Shown here one piece after another: positions 1-13,384 of a DNA stretch of 64,000 nt. The DNA comes from Octopus vulgaris. Its lineage: Eukaryota. The stretch spans positions 77,872,001 through 77,936,000 of the forward strand of contig OX597820.1 of the NCBI GenBank assembly GCA_951406725.2, given 5' to 3'. Made by a program: the position numbers and the translations under genes. The stretch's first letter is position 1, and every line of letters starts with the position of its first letter. The notes beneath the pieces were generated by a model, which was not told the DNA's origin, did no database searches, and was given only the letters and a program-made list of their open reading frames with translations.

Positions 1-29
1 GAAGATTCAGAAAAATTATATTACATATA

Positions 30-460
30 TATAAGAGGGATGACCACTGAGTGGACATCCAATATGCTAGATGTAGACCCCATATGGTTTGACCACTATG
101 AAAATATTGTTCTCAAGAAAATTCAGCCATAACGCAAGCGAGCAAGACAAATGAAAGATACAAAATATAATGATTAGTCACATGTCAGGTTTCATTGTTA
201 CCACTTACATAATTACATACTATGCAATGACGGCCACACTGATGAATTACGGACATTTACGTATGTAATTATGTAAGTGGTAACAATGGAATCTGGTATG
301 TGACTAATCATTATATCTTGTATCTTATTTGTCTTGGTCGCTTGCGTTCAGGTGTTTGCTGAATTTTCTTGAGATCAAGATTTTCTCAGAGGTCAGACGA
401 TTTGGGGTCTACATCTAGCATACTGAATGTCCATCTAGCATACTGGATCCCCCTTATATG
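30..460. repeat. Fold-back (long inverted repeat) element between TA tracts; arms ~30-220 and ~261-460
   Basis: tatgctagatgtagacccc ... ggggtctacatctagcata and ttgttaccacttacataattacatac ... gtatgtaattatgtaagtggtaacaa are reverse complements around a ~40-nt loop. Confidence 0.85.
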
Positions 461-469
461 TACTTGTGC

Positions 470-505
<36 letters not shown>

Positions 506-676
506 CGCTCTTCCTATCCTTCTCACCCTATCTCTCTGTCTGTCCAACGGTCTGTCTGACTGCGAGTGTCGGCTTGCGTATTTATAAATCAATACGCCTG
601 TTTATTTGTGTATCTATGTTTGTCTTTCTGTGTCTCATTCTTAATATCCACATCTTCTCCACCTCCACGATTACGA

Positions 677-795
677 TCATCAGCATCCTCAGCATCAGCA
701 GCAGCAGCAGCAGCAGCACAACCACCACCACCACCATTATCTTCACCAGCAGCAGCACCACCACCACCACTATCATCATCATCATTATCATCATT
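677..795. repeat. Compound (CAG)n/(CAC)n/(CAT)n trinucleotide microsatellite
   Basis: Direct inspection. Confidence 0.9.
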
Positions 796-945
796 TAGTG
801 TCCATTTTGCATGATCTGGCGCTCAGGGCGTCATCGATCACCGATGTTAGCTCTGGCATGTTTTCTACTGCTAAATTTTCTTCTAAATGCCAATTACATT
901 ATAGAGTGTACTCGATGCTCTTTTCATGCCACCGGCACCAGTGAA
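796..945 (-). mobile_element. Degraded SINE-like interspersed repeat with the adjacent (CAT)n as tail
   Basis: tttagtgtccattttgcatg ... tagagtgtactcgatgc..ccaccggcacc resembles a common cephalopod repeat (recall only); a related core occurs near 47985-48030. Confidence 0.35.
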
Positions 946-954
946 GTTGTTGTG

Positions 955-3542
955 TAAACATGCAAGAACGAAAAAAAACACCGACACAACTCGGCCATTT
1001 ATACCGACACAGATGAGCAGGACACGTCCACCGAACGAAATAACACTAACATCGAGGACACCAATACTTCATCAGCAACGAGATCCCTAGTCACAGACTT
1101 GAGTGGGTCCCTCTCCCATGAAGAACTAGAACTTCTCAGTCTGGCCCCTAAATTTATAGTGAGCCAACAGCCGAATGAAAAAAATCTTATTCTACTTGGA
1201 AGCCAACTTTTGTCGAACAGCCTACCAACTCAAATGGCAAACAGTGATAAAGAAGAAAAGCAACACACTCGGCAAATTCTCCATGTACCAACTAGACCAC
1301 CCACTCCACCCACCTCCAACCAACAAAGAACTCAACCACAAACTATCCAGATTGAACCAGTCTATCTCCAACAACTTAAGGAAGGAATCGAAAACAACTC
1401 CAAACTTAACCAAGGAGCAACATAAAATACTGACTAAACTACAACAAAAAAATCTTGTATAATTACCATCAGATAAAGGAAAAGAAATCGGCGTGATTTC
1501 TTGTGAAATATATGATAGGCTGGCACAAGAACATTTAAGCAATGACAGGTTATATTCTGAAGTGACAGATATAACTGCGACCAGGATTGAGGACCGAATT
1601 AATACCGCATGGGCGGACATCTGTAGACGGTGACAAATATATGATCAATTCAAGAACAGTAGATTACCCAGATTTTATCACCTCATTAAAACACCCAAGA
1701 ATTTCAACACGATCCAGGTTAGACCCATCGTCTTCAGTGTGGAAGGACCTCTATATAAAATATCTGGTTACTTTCTCACATCCTGAAACCCATACTCACC
1801 ACCTTTCAAGGACACGTCAAGAACTCTGACTAAGTCATCAAAACACTGCACCAATTATCCCTAGACCAGCTCAAGCAAAACCGATATGCCTTTAGCCTTG
1901 ACGTTGTCTCAATTTACACAACGGTGCCAGCACACTCGGCGGTCAACCTATTGACTGATTGTATAATAGCGTCCAATATTCAATGCTTCGGACTTACCGC
2001 AGCAGATATACATCAACTTTTATCCATCATCAGTGAACAACACATACTTCTCTTTCCAGGACCACATATACAGACAGACAGCAGGTCTTCCCATGGGATC
2101 CAGTCACTCAGGCCTACTAGCCATCATTTATATGAAACATATGGAAAGTCGAGCACTCAACATCTACCGCTCATACGCCTTCTTCACCAGGTACGTAGAT
2201 GACATCCTCATACTCACACACTCCCGCGAAGAAGCTGACAGAATATTCACGACGTTCAGTAACATGGACATGAAAATAAAGTTCACTACAGAACATCCCG
2301 ACATCACTGGATTGCTATCACTACTTGACTTCAAAGTGAATATAACGGGAGAAGGGGAGATCCACACCGAGTTCTACAGGAAATCAGCTAGTAGAGATAT
2401 CTTTGTCCAATACAATTCAGCACTTCCACTCGGTGCCAATATAGGGTACGCCAGAAATGAACTTGCACACATCCAGGGCAAGTGCAGTAGAACGGAGGAC
2501 AAGGTGACCCACACTACACGCTTCCTAGATATATTGAAAACCAACAGGTACCGTAATTGGCTTAAGTAGCCAAGACGACCAACACACCAAACACATAGAA
2601 AGACCAGCAACACATTCTTCCTTAAAATACCCCATTTTAGCGAGAAGCTAACTACAGCCATACGAAGAGAAGGGCTAGAATATAAGAAGCCCACTCCGGC
2701 CCGACCCTAAGAGGATACCTCGCAAAGATACGAACGAGGGACAACAATCAATGCACACTAACAAACTGTCCCATCCGTGATACAAATTGATGCCAACGGG
2801 TAAATGTTATGTATAGAATACACTGTAACACATGCAACAAGTTGTACCTGGGTAGCACAATACCGTTACACATCCGCATCAACGAACATCTGAACACGAG
2901 AGCCTTGTTCTTCAGAAAACATCTAGACAGATGATAGAACACCGACAAAAGCTTAACAGTCACAACTGAGGTCAATCAAAGAAATTTGCGTTATTTAAGA
3001 ATTAAGGAAGCTATACTCATACACAGCCTAGAACCCAAAATTAACAACAGGCGGGAGCTTGGTAATCAATATATTATTTAGATATATCTGGATGCGTGTA
3101 GGTTCATTCCTGATATGCTCCTCTCTAGTCTATAGCAAAAAATGAAGAGAAGAGAAAAAAGAAGAGGAAAAAAAGGAAGCTGCACGTATAATACATAACT
3201 TAGAAGCAGCGTTACAGATGTACCGACACGCTCGAGATTGAGACATGGCCGACCTCACACACTTCTATTGAGGAGTTCCAGAAGGAGCTTTGTGAGACCA
3301 CTGCTGAGACACTTTCGATAAAGGAAAAGCGGTTAGAAAACCGATTATAGGCAGCGACTCCATCTAAGGATATCTGAAGAAAGAATTTTATTCCAGTATA
3401 TCATAAGACTATGGATGACTAAATAACAACAGGTATATAGCCCACTGTTTGTATTATAGTGCATTGTTGTACCATTCAAAACTTTTTTTTCTTCACAGAC
3501 TAACAATACACAATGCTTCAAAGAGAACTACAATACTTTCCT
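955..3542 (+). mobile_element. Old Penelope-like retroelement copy including 3' UTR, ending at a TA/GA microsatellite
   Basis: Contains the RT/GIY-YIG pseudogene; downstream non-coding region runs to the (TA)n/(GATA)n tract; boundaries approximate. Confidence 0.75.
1084..3081 (+). pseudogene. Degraded Penelope-like element ORF (RT + GIY-YIG endonuclease), multiple frameshifts and stops
   Basis: LSHEELELLSLAPKF; PSDKG; SLDVVSIYT; GLPMGS..SGLLA; RYVDDILI; FYRK; C-x4-C linker; VMYRIHCNTCNKLYLGST (GIY-YIG), spread over several frames. Confidence 0.92.
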
Positions 3543-3618
3543 ATATGTATATATATATCGAGAGAGAGAGAGAAATATAGAGATAGAGAGACAGACAGAT
3601 AGATATATAAATAGATAC

Positions 3619-3720
<102 letters not shown>

Positions 3721-4268
3721 GGATAGACAGATATATATAGATATAGCTATAAACAGACTCGTATATATAAGTATATCTTTCCCTCTGTCTTTTTATCCCC
3801 CTCTCTCTTTCCCTCTGTTTATTTAAAGATAGAGACAAAGACGGACAGACAGTGATACACAGACAGACGGCCGGACAGACGGACAGATGGACAGACGGAC
3901 AGACAAGTAGACAGGTAGACAGGTAGATAGATAGGTAGATAAAACTCTTCAAATTGATAACTTCTAATTTTATGATATAGCTGCACATATCGAAGCAAGC
4001 GTGTATTTAATCTTAAAATTATTCAATATGTAGCTCTGGACAGCCATACAAATCATATGAACAACGTCGGAATTATCGAGTCATACACCTACACATAAAG
4101 TTATGAAACATGTATATGAGTTTAAGCATTAGAAATTCTTCAATTTTTACCCTTGTCTGCTTCTCAATTCGTCAATATTTTTTATATTTTCCTACGCATC
4201 ACCGTGTATCTCTGTGTATATGTACATATATATATATGGGTGTATGTATATATATATATATGTGTGTG

Positions 4269-4317
<49 letters not shown>

Positions 4318-4385
4318 GTATATATGTATGTGTGTGAGTATGTATGTATATGTATATATATATATATATATGCGTGTATATATGC

Positions 4386-4430
<45 letters not shown>

Positions 4431-4683
4431 TTTGGGGGCAGATGTATTTGCGTGGGGATAATTTCTGTCCGGGTCTTGTGTAGGGGATGTTAATTAGTGT
4501 GATTGCGGATGAATAATTGTGCGTATTTCGTGCGAGGTTTGCGTTCCAGTTCAAAGGAAACTTTATTAAATTCTACATAATTTAATAAAATGCAATCAAT
4601 AATGACTGAACCGGCAACAAAGGATAACCTAACAACATAAAAAAAACAAAAATAATAATACGGCCACCAGCAACGTCACCAGC

Positions 4684-4741
<58 letters not shown>

Positions 4742-4961
4742 GCAGCTACGACGATCATTATGATGAGGAGGAGAAGGCGGAGAAGGAGGACGAGGCGGAG
4801 CGTGATGATGATGACGACGATGATAGTAATGATGACGATGATGATGATAATAATAAGTTATTGTAACAATTGTAATAGTTGTAACATTAATAATGAAAAT
4901 ATAATCATAAGAAACTAGAAGAGGAAGGATGTTCATAAAATAGTAACAATAATAATATTAG

Positions 4962-5118
<157 letters not shown>

Positions 5119-6081
5119 AAAAATGACAACAGCAAAATTAAGAAAAATAAAGGAAAAAGGAGGAGGAGGAAGAGGTGAAAAAGAAGAGTAATAAAAATAC
5201 AACAAACACACCGACAACAACAAAAGCAACAACTATGATATAAGAAGTGGAATAGGAAGATCTGTCATGACAGACATGGCATGAAGAAGGGAAAAAAATA
5301 ATTTAATAAAAGAAAACAAACGAAATAGATTTGATTAACCGAAATCCATTTCTTCTTTTAAAACCCATTGCTTCAAAATACAGCAATAGTGATTTTTTGA
5401 CCCAACAACAAAAGAAATATATTCCAACGGCATTTTATCCCAAAACTGTCTAATAAGTGATATTGCATTCGTCTGTTTATGCCATTTTATTCGTTTTCAG
5501 TTCTGTCTCCCTCTAACACGTATCGTGACCTTTACAATATAGCGTCACCCGTGAAATTGATGATGAAAGCTTTGTTATTTCATAGTCAGATACGAATCGA
5601 CACAAAGCTGTTTGCAGACGAACGCTTTTCTAACTTTTATTCTCATTAATCGCAGTATTTGAGTTTGCTTCCATTATAACATTTTGCTTGTGTATGTACA
5701 TTTGTACGACTGTGTATACGAGTTCGTGTGTTTGCCTCTGTTGTGAGTGTTTATGTGTGTGTGTATATGTCTCTCTGTGTCTGTGTGTATTTCAATATGT
5801 GTTTGTGTGCGTGTGTATGCATAGACACACTTCAGTAAACCAAATCTAGTAAATTCAATTATCGTGAAAACTTGGATGCAATATCCTGTTAGATACATTG
5901 TATATACACATATGCATGAGTGTATATTCGTGCGTGTTAGTGTAATGCGTACTCACATGTCTGTGTAATGGCTTGTATATTTATATATGTATATAAATAT
6001 AAATGCACATATATTTACAGAGGTTTCCTTATAGCCACATATATAAAATTAAACTTGTGTTTTGTCTATGTATACATATAT

Positions 6082-6146
<65 letters not shown>

Positions 6147-6192
6147 TTGTGAGTGTGTGTGCGTGCGTTTCTGTTATATACGTATGTATATA

Positions 6193-6239
<47 letters not shown>

Positions 6240-6705
6240 CAATTTATACATGCTAAATGTGAAAACACAAGTGCTCACACACGTATATATATATACGTCT
6301 CTCACTACCTTTCTCTCTCTTTCTCCCACACTCCCTCCTCTCTCTCTCTCTTTCTTCCACTATCACTCTCTCTCTCTCTCTCTCTCACTCTCTTACTCCC
6401 CCTCTCTCTTTCTGTATCTACCAAAACTGTATAACGAAATTATCATGATTCAATTTCCGAAAGTTCCAACTTAAAATTTGGCAATATATGTTCCAACAAA
6501 TGAAATAAAATGGTCAGTAAAATCTAACAAGGAATTTTCAGAATGTTGTCATTATTTGCTTTGATTTTATTTTTCAGAAGTTCGGTTTATTCTAAATAAC
6601 CCAGCAACAATTTACGAAATGTTTTCCAAACTCTGTGTTATAATTGTTTTCTTCAATTGAAATTTAGCGATATACGTGTGTTTACTTACGTCATGCTGGA
6701 AAAGT

Positions 6706-7030
<325 letters not shown>

Positions 7031-8130
7031 ACACAGGTACATATGCGTTTGTTTGCATATATGTATATATGTATGTATGTGCGTATAAGAATTGATAAAT
7101 AATTGACGTCCACAGGCAGTTCAACATGGTGCCGAACAATCATGAATAATCAAAATGCTTTACAGATTACGTACTGAGGTCACTGGGAAGCGACGTGTTC
7201 GATCAAATAACCAATCATGAGTTTAACTTATTTTTTTAACCTATATATGCAAATAATATGGGTATGAATCATAAGTGAAGTTCCACGAGTAGTACAAACG
7301 ATTAACATTTCTCCTTCAAGCATCCTGACAAATCATGTAAAAATATTTCTCATTTTTAAAAGTCTTCTGAGTATTTCAATGTTTACATAATCTCTTCTAA
7401 ATTTCTCCATTTTTATTTTTTCTACGATATCTATCGAATATTTAAACATTCGTCATTTCGTTCCACTATGAAATTTTTTGAATACTTGAAATTTTCTCAT
7501 TGAATTTTACTATGCAACCAATTGAGTATTAGAGTTTTGCGTTTGTTTTATCACCATGTAACTGTTTCCTGTACATTCTGGTACATTATTAACTTGTATT
7601 ATTATCTACCAATTGAAAAATGGCCAATAAACGACATGGATCTTAATAATTTCAAGGGGCAACACTGGAACCTCATTTCAAAATTTGGCCCTAGGTTTCA
7701 AATTCATTCACTGTATCTCACCCAGTATAATTTCCTTAATTAACAGTAAAATGAACGAAAAAGAGTAAAGCTTGTGAGTAAAGGACGAGAATTTAAATCG
7801 AGATGATATACTGAATACGACACGCAAATGACAAAGAAATATGAGAAATGCTTATCCAGTTGGGATATTTTTCTCTTCCTCCAAGAAAATTCTAATTGTA
7901 TAAAGTTCGTTGGAATATACTTAACTGTGTATGCTTGTATGCGCATTCGTATGTGTGATTGAGCATGTGTATGTGCATACACACTTCCAGGTACATGCAC
8001 ACACTCTTATATACAAACACATACACATACATATATGCATATGTGTATATATGTATACATATATGTATATTTATATGTATATGTGTATATATATATGTGT
8101 GTGTGTTTGTGGGTATGTGTGTAGGTGTGT

Positions 8131-8345
8131 TATAAGAAGCTTGCTTCCCAACCACATGGTTCTGGGTTCAGTCCCACAACATGGCACCTTCTACTATTGC
8201 CTTGGGCTGACCAAAGCCTTGACAGCAGATTTGGTAAACGGAAACTGAAAGAAGCCCGTCGTATATCTATATAAATGTGTGTATGTGTGTATGTTTGTGT
8301 GTATTTGTGTGTCCCCCAGCATCGCTTGGCAACTGATGTCGTGAT
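8131..8345 (+). mobile_element. Truncated tRNA-derived SINE (family B here)
   Basis: aagaagcttgcttcccaaccacatggttctgggttcagtccc (B-box-like GGTTCAGTCC) and ggaaactgaaagaagcccgtcg shared with 49109-49550. Confidence 0.85.
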
Positions 8346-8496
8346 CGAAAGGGGCCTTTTTAGAAATATGCATATATATATATATATATACATACATACA
8401 AACATATATGTATATATATAAATACATACATACATACATACATACATGCATATATATATATATTTGAATGTATGTATGTATGTATATATATATATG

Positions 8497-8563
<67 letters not shown>

Positions 8564-8579
8564 TATTTGTAAAAAGGCC

Positions 8580-8800
8580 CCCTTCGATCACGACATCAGT
8601 TGTCAAGCGATGTTGGGGGACACACAAAGACACACAAACATACACACACATACACACATTTATATAGATATACGATGGGCTTCTTTGAGTTTCCGTTTAC
8701 CAAATCTACTCTCAAGGCTTTGGTCAGCCCAAGGCTATAGTAGAAGGTGCCATGTTGTGGGGCTGAACCCAGAACCATGTGGTTGGGAAGCAAGCTTCAT
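8580..8800 (-). mobile_element. Truncated SINE family B, inverted duplicate of 8131-8345
   Basis: Reverse complement of 8131-8345, with the same internal deletion and the same flank. Confidence 0.85.
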
Positions 8801-8933
8801 ACAACGCACCTACACACATACACACAAACACACACACACGCATATATATATATACATGTAATGTATGATATATATCACATATATCATATGTATATAATGT
8901 ATCATATGTATATATGTATATATGATAGATCGA

Positions 8934-9102
8934 TAGCTACTACAGACATTTTTTCTCTCCTTGTTTCCTTCTGTGTTCCTTTCTGTGGAAGAGCCTAGGC
9001 TCGAAACGTAAAAGACTTTTCCAATTCCCGATCATTATACTAATACATCTGTTTGTTTTCTACACCACCTATCTTCGTCTTTGTTTTGTTTTCGTGAATT
9101 CT

Positions 9103-9105
<3 letters not shown>
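8934..9105 (+). mobile_element. Short non-coding repeat (family E) with a hammerhead-like motif at 8979-9014
   Basis: Homologous to 53060-53430 (-, two copies), 59470-59667 (+) and 59757-59850 (-); cttt-ctgtggaa-gagc-ctag-gctc-gaaacgta-aaag. Confidence 0.75.
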
Positions 9106-9178
<73 letters not shown>

Positions 9179-9334
9179 GTATGTATATATATATATATAT
9201 ATATATAATGCAAAATACAGATCTATATTATATCATATGTATAAAAGGCATGATGTGTGTGCGTGTACGTGAGTGTAATTTATGTACATCCACAAATTAG
9301 CACGCATGTCGCTCAAATTTTAGGAAGACATTCG

Positions 9335-9950
9335 TCAACATACTATCTGAGTTTTGTCATCTCATTTTCTCCCGAGGCACCCGCGGAAAGCGGTAAAATT
9401 CTATTTTCGGCCATATTTTTTAGCCATAGAAAATATCAGCCATAGCTTTTTGACGGCGTCTAACAAAAAATAAGTTAAAGAAAATTGGAAGAGCGTTTCA
9501 CGGCGTCTAAACAAAAATGGAAAGACAAAGTGAGAGATAGAGAGGGAGAGAGAGAGTGTGTGTGTAAGTCACGATGTTCATAAAAACTAAAATGTAAAAT
9601 ATTTTGTTTTTTCTTAAACACAAGATATAGTGTACAAATTCAGGATGTTTTTGAAAGACACTATATTTTATAATCATAGTATATATACTTTCTCACACAA
9701 CAATTACAATATATTTATTTTAAATCATTTATTTATTTGAAATCGTTCATCTTTCTCCCCCTTTCTCTCTCTTTCTCTCTCTCTTGCTCACACACATTAC
9801 TTTGTCTGCGAAAGAGTTTTTTTTTATTTTACGCCGAGTGAAAAAGTGTTTTGTTGAGAGTCGATATTACTTAGTTTGGTTTCAAATAAAGAACTTGATT
9901 AGCTTAATAATTGCAACTTAATCCCGGGCAAGGCCGGGTTATTCTGCGAG
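9335..9950 (+). mobile_element. Probable non-autonomous Helitron
   Basis: GC hairpin cccgg-gcaagg-ccggg (9923-9938) about 10 nt before cgag|t, one change from the Helitron CTAG|T 3' end; 5' end uncertain. Confidence 0.5.
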
Positions 9951-10027
9951 TATGTTATAATATATATGTGCTTGTGTGTAACATGCATAAACGTATGCAT
10001 TCGTGTTCAGATGTATGTGCTATGGAT

Positions 10028-10754
10028 GTAGATAAACAGATAAACAGAAAGAACGAAAGTGGCACAGGAGAAAGAAGTTGAAATGAGGAAAATTGTTATG
10101 TAATTGCTTATAACAAATTTATGAGTAAAATTGTTGCATCTGTTTTACTCACTAGTTAATCGATGCAACAGACATATATAAATGTAATATACAATATTTG
10201 GACAGTTGATAAAACGGTAAAAATCTTTTGTAATAGATTATAGAATGTATAATGAAAAATAAATTATGAATTTTTATTTCCCTAAAGTTATTCACACACT
10301 AAAAGCTACATGTGGAGCAGCTAATATTGGCATATTTTTCATCTGTATATCACAGATTGTATTTTAAGAAATTTTGCAATAAACAACTACATTTTACTTA
10401 GTATACAAATGGTAGAAAAATGAAAAAGTGACAACTTGAATAAAATATTTAATAATGCATTCAAATATAATGGATATATTTTTGAAATAATCTACAGGAA
10501 AAACTTTTAATAATACTTCATCGCTTACATGAGGGGAAACAGCACGAACGTAAACAGAAAACACAAGCAGCCACATGCACGTACACACACTCACATTCAC
10601 AAAGACAGACATACATATATGTGTGTGTGTGTGCGTGTGTGCGTCTGTGTGTGCGTCTGTGTGTGTGTTATGGTCGTAGATAAATAGAAAGAACGGAATA
10701 GGCACAGGTAAAAAATGTTGTGAGTGAAATTGTAAATTGTAATGTAATTGCTTA
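10028..10754 (+). repeat. Diverged direct repeat pair (~10028-10110 and ~10676-10754)
   Basis: gtagataaa..agaaagaacg..ggcacagg ... atgtaattgctta present twice. Confidence 0.6.
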
Positions 10755-11050
10755 TATATATATATATATATATATACATATATATATGTATGTATATAAG
10801 TGTATGTATGTATCTATATATGTATGTATGTATATATGTAGGTAGGTACGTACGTACGTAGGTAGGTAGGTAGGTAGGTAGATAGGTTGGTAGGTAGGGA
10901 TACCTTTATAATACAACACTTAGGCGCATCAAAAACTAAAAGTATGCTTGCATGTAACTTCGATGCGGTGCTGAGATGGAGGATTTAGATACATACATAT
11001 ATATATACATATTTGCACACATTTATATACATATATACATACGTACATAC

Positions 11051-11103
<53 letters not shown>

Positions 11104-11168
11104 ATGTATGTATGTATGTATGTATATAAATAAATATATGTATAGATAAATTGATAGATAGATAAATT

Positions 11169-11258
<90 letters not shown>

Positions 11259-11445
11259 CAGAGAGATACGTGTGTGTTCACATTTTCATAGATCTTTCTT
11301 GTCATTTGCATACCTGCATATCTTGCTGGAATGCTTAGGAGAACAATAAACTGTTTTCGATTATTTTTGTTTTGATTTGGTTTTTTTAAAAAAAGTTTAA
11401 TTTGAATAATGTTACACATGAAAGTATCAACTTCTTGTATATATA

Positions 11446-11499
<54 letters not shown>

Positions 11500-11686
11500 G
11501 TAAAAAGTGAAAAAACTACAGAAGGCTTGTTTTAAAAGGTTAAAAAATATATATTTGAGTCAATATGTCTGAAGAATTTTATTAATTTTTTTCTTACAAT
11601 GACATAATTTAGAAGAAAGACCGGTTTCGCGTTTAGCTTTTCAAATTTTTTACGTCGTTATGTTTATGTTGAGAAGAGTTATCGTT

Positions 11687-12075
11687 ATGTTTAAAGAGGG
11701 ACAGAAATTCAAGATCAAATCTAATTTTACTTGTGCCTCTGAAAACATAATTTATGTCATAAAATGCTCGGGCTGCCACCAGACTACGTGGGATCCGCGG
11801 GACTATCACTCAGATGTAGATGCACACTGCATCGACAACAGATTGCATTCCCAGAATACAGAATGATACCTTTTAGTGAGCACATTGAGAAATGCGCAAA
11901 GCAACTACTACCACAATTTTTAATCTTTCCATTTTACCAATGTGCTATCGGATCATCAACACAAATTAGACTAAACAAGGAAACATTCTTCATTGAAAAG
12001 TACAAGCCCAGACTTAATCATTCCAACATACTTATACAGAGAAATTCACCCCAAAGGAAAGGCAAAACATTTTAA
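11687..12075 (+). pseudogene. GIY-YIG endonuclease C-terminal fragment (frameshift ~11780)
   Basis: FKIKSNFTCASENIIYVIKCSGC / YVG..LSLR.R..LHRQQI..PEYR.IPFSEHIEKC; closely similar to 37957-38300. Confidence 0.9.
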
Positions 12076-12184
12076 GCGATTATCTCCCTTACACCGGAAG
12101 AAATCACTTATTACCTTCCCTTATCTAGAACTCTTTTCAACATAAACATAACGATAACTCTGCTCAACATAAACATAACGACGT

Positions 12185-12223
12185 AAGAAATTTGAAAAGC
12201 TAAACGCGAAACCGGTCTTTCTT
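12185..12223 (+). ncRNA. Minimal type I hammerhead ribozyme motif (U3-A8 core variant); inverted copy at ~11613-11651
   Basis: aagaaa-t-UUGAAAA-gc(taaac)gc-GAAA-ccgg-UC-tttctt; palindromic stem III ACCGGU. Confidence 0.65.
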
Positions 12224-12383
12224 CTAAATTATGTCATTGTAAGAAAAAAATTTATAATATTCTTCAGACAAATTGACTCAAATATATATTTTTTAACCTT
12301 TTAAAACAAGCCTTCTGTAGTTTTTTCACTTTTTACTATTTTCTATATATTCAACCACGTGCTTTCACAAACCAACTTTCTTA

Positions 12384-12423
<40 letters not shown>

Positions 12424-12425
<2 letters not shown>

Positions 12426-12648
12426 CGAGCTGGCAGAAACGTTTAGCACGCCGGGTGAAATGCTTAGCGGTATTTCGTCTGTCGTTACATACTGAGTTCA
12501 AATTCCGCCGGGGTCGACTTTGCCTTTCATTCTCTCGGGGTCGATAAATAAAGTACCAGTTTCGCACTGGGTCGATATAATCGACTTAATCCCCTTGTCT
12601 GACCTTGTTTGTCCCCTCTATGTTTAGCCCATTGTGGGCAATAAAGAA

Positions 12649-12650
<2 letters not shown>
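12424..12650 (+). mobile_element. tRNA-derived SINE (family A here)
   Basis: Head ggcgagctggcagaa..ttagc (A box), gagttcaaattcc (B box), core gtcgactttgcctttcat..ggggtcgataaataaagtaccag, 3' aataaagaaata. Confidence 0.88.
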
Positions 12651-12708
<58 letters not shown>

Positions 12709-12834
12709 ATGTGTGTGTATATATATATACAGAGAGAGAGAGAGAGAGGGATGTATATCTGTGCGTTTATATTAAAATACGTGCGTTTAAAAACGTATAC
12801 ATTCACACTCAGGTAACTATTTACAATGAATAAA

Positions 12835-13200
12835 TATGGCCAGAATTCATGTTAGACGAAATATGCCTGTCACACATTTAAATTGCTAAAAGGCAAATAC
12901 ACTACAGTTACCGTGGAGAATAAATCTCGCTTATTGTAAAAATGTGTGAAAACACGTGTTCGTTCAGTGTCGCCATCGATTAGGAAACTGAGAATCGATG
13001 TTTCGAGCTATTTTGGCTCTCGTCAATGTGATCTACCTAACATCGTTGCCTGAGATACCTAATACATGGCGACACTGAATAAACCGGTGTTTCAAAACTT
13101 TTTACTATAAGAGAGATTTATTTTCTATACTAACTGCAGTGTATTTGACCTTTATCAGTTGAAATATGTCACAAACATATTTCAACTAGTCAAAATTCTT
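12835..13200. repeat. Older fold-back element with a hammerhead-like motif in the loop (- strand, ~12993-13028)
   Basis: caaatacactacagtta / taactgcagtgtatttg and ttcagtgtcgccat / atggcgacactgaa arms; loop reverse complement ttgacga-gagc-caaaata-gctc-gaaac. Confidence 0.75.
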
Positions 13201-13384
13201 CTCATAACTAAACACTGCTTCGCGCTAACGCTTCTTTGAATATGTATTTTCTTGTATATATATAAAAATCATTTACCCATATGTGCTTCGGTCTGCGTCT
13301 GTGAAATTTTGAATACTACTGGCCACACGCATGAACACTCACATGCACATATATCTATCTATATACTTACGTATGTGATATAAC

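Larger units (their letters stand above)
11493..12385 (+). mobile_element. 5'-truncated Penelope-like element with inverted 5' copy of its 3' end (arms 11493-11693 / 12143-12343), in (TA)n
   Basis: ~200-bp near-perfect inverted arms enclosing a GIY-YIG fragment; unpaired tail 12344-12385; TA tracts on both sides. Confidence 0.92.

Noticed and set aside
239-245. CTGATGA in the hairpin loop (also 48354-48360 on -, and CTGAAGA at 3374 and 33639) as hammerheads
   Set aside because: No correctly placed GAAA or stem III follows; at best truncated remnants.
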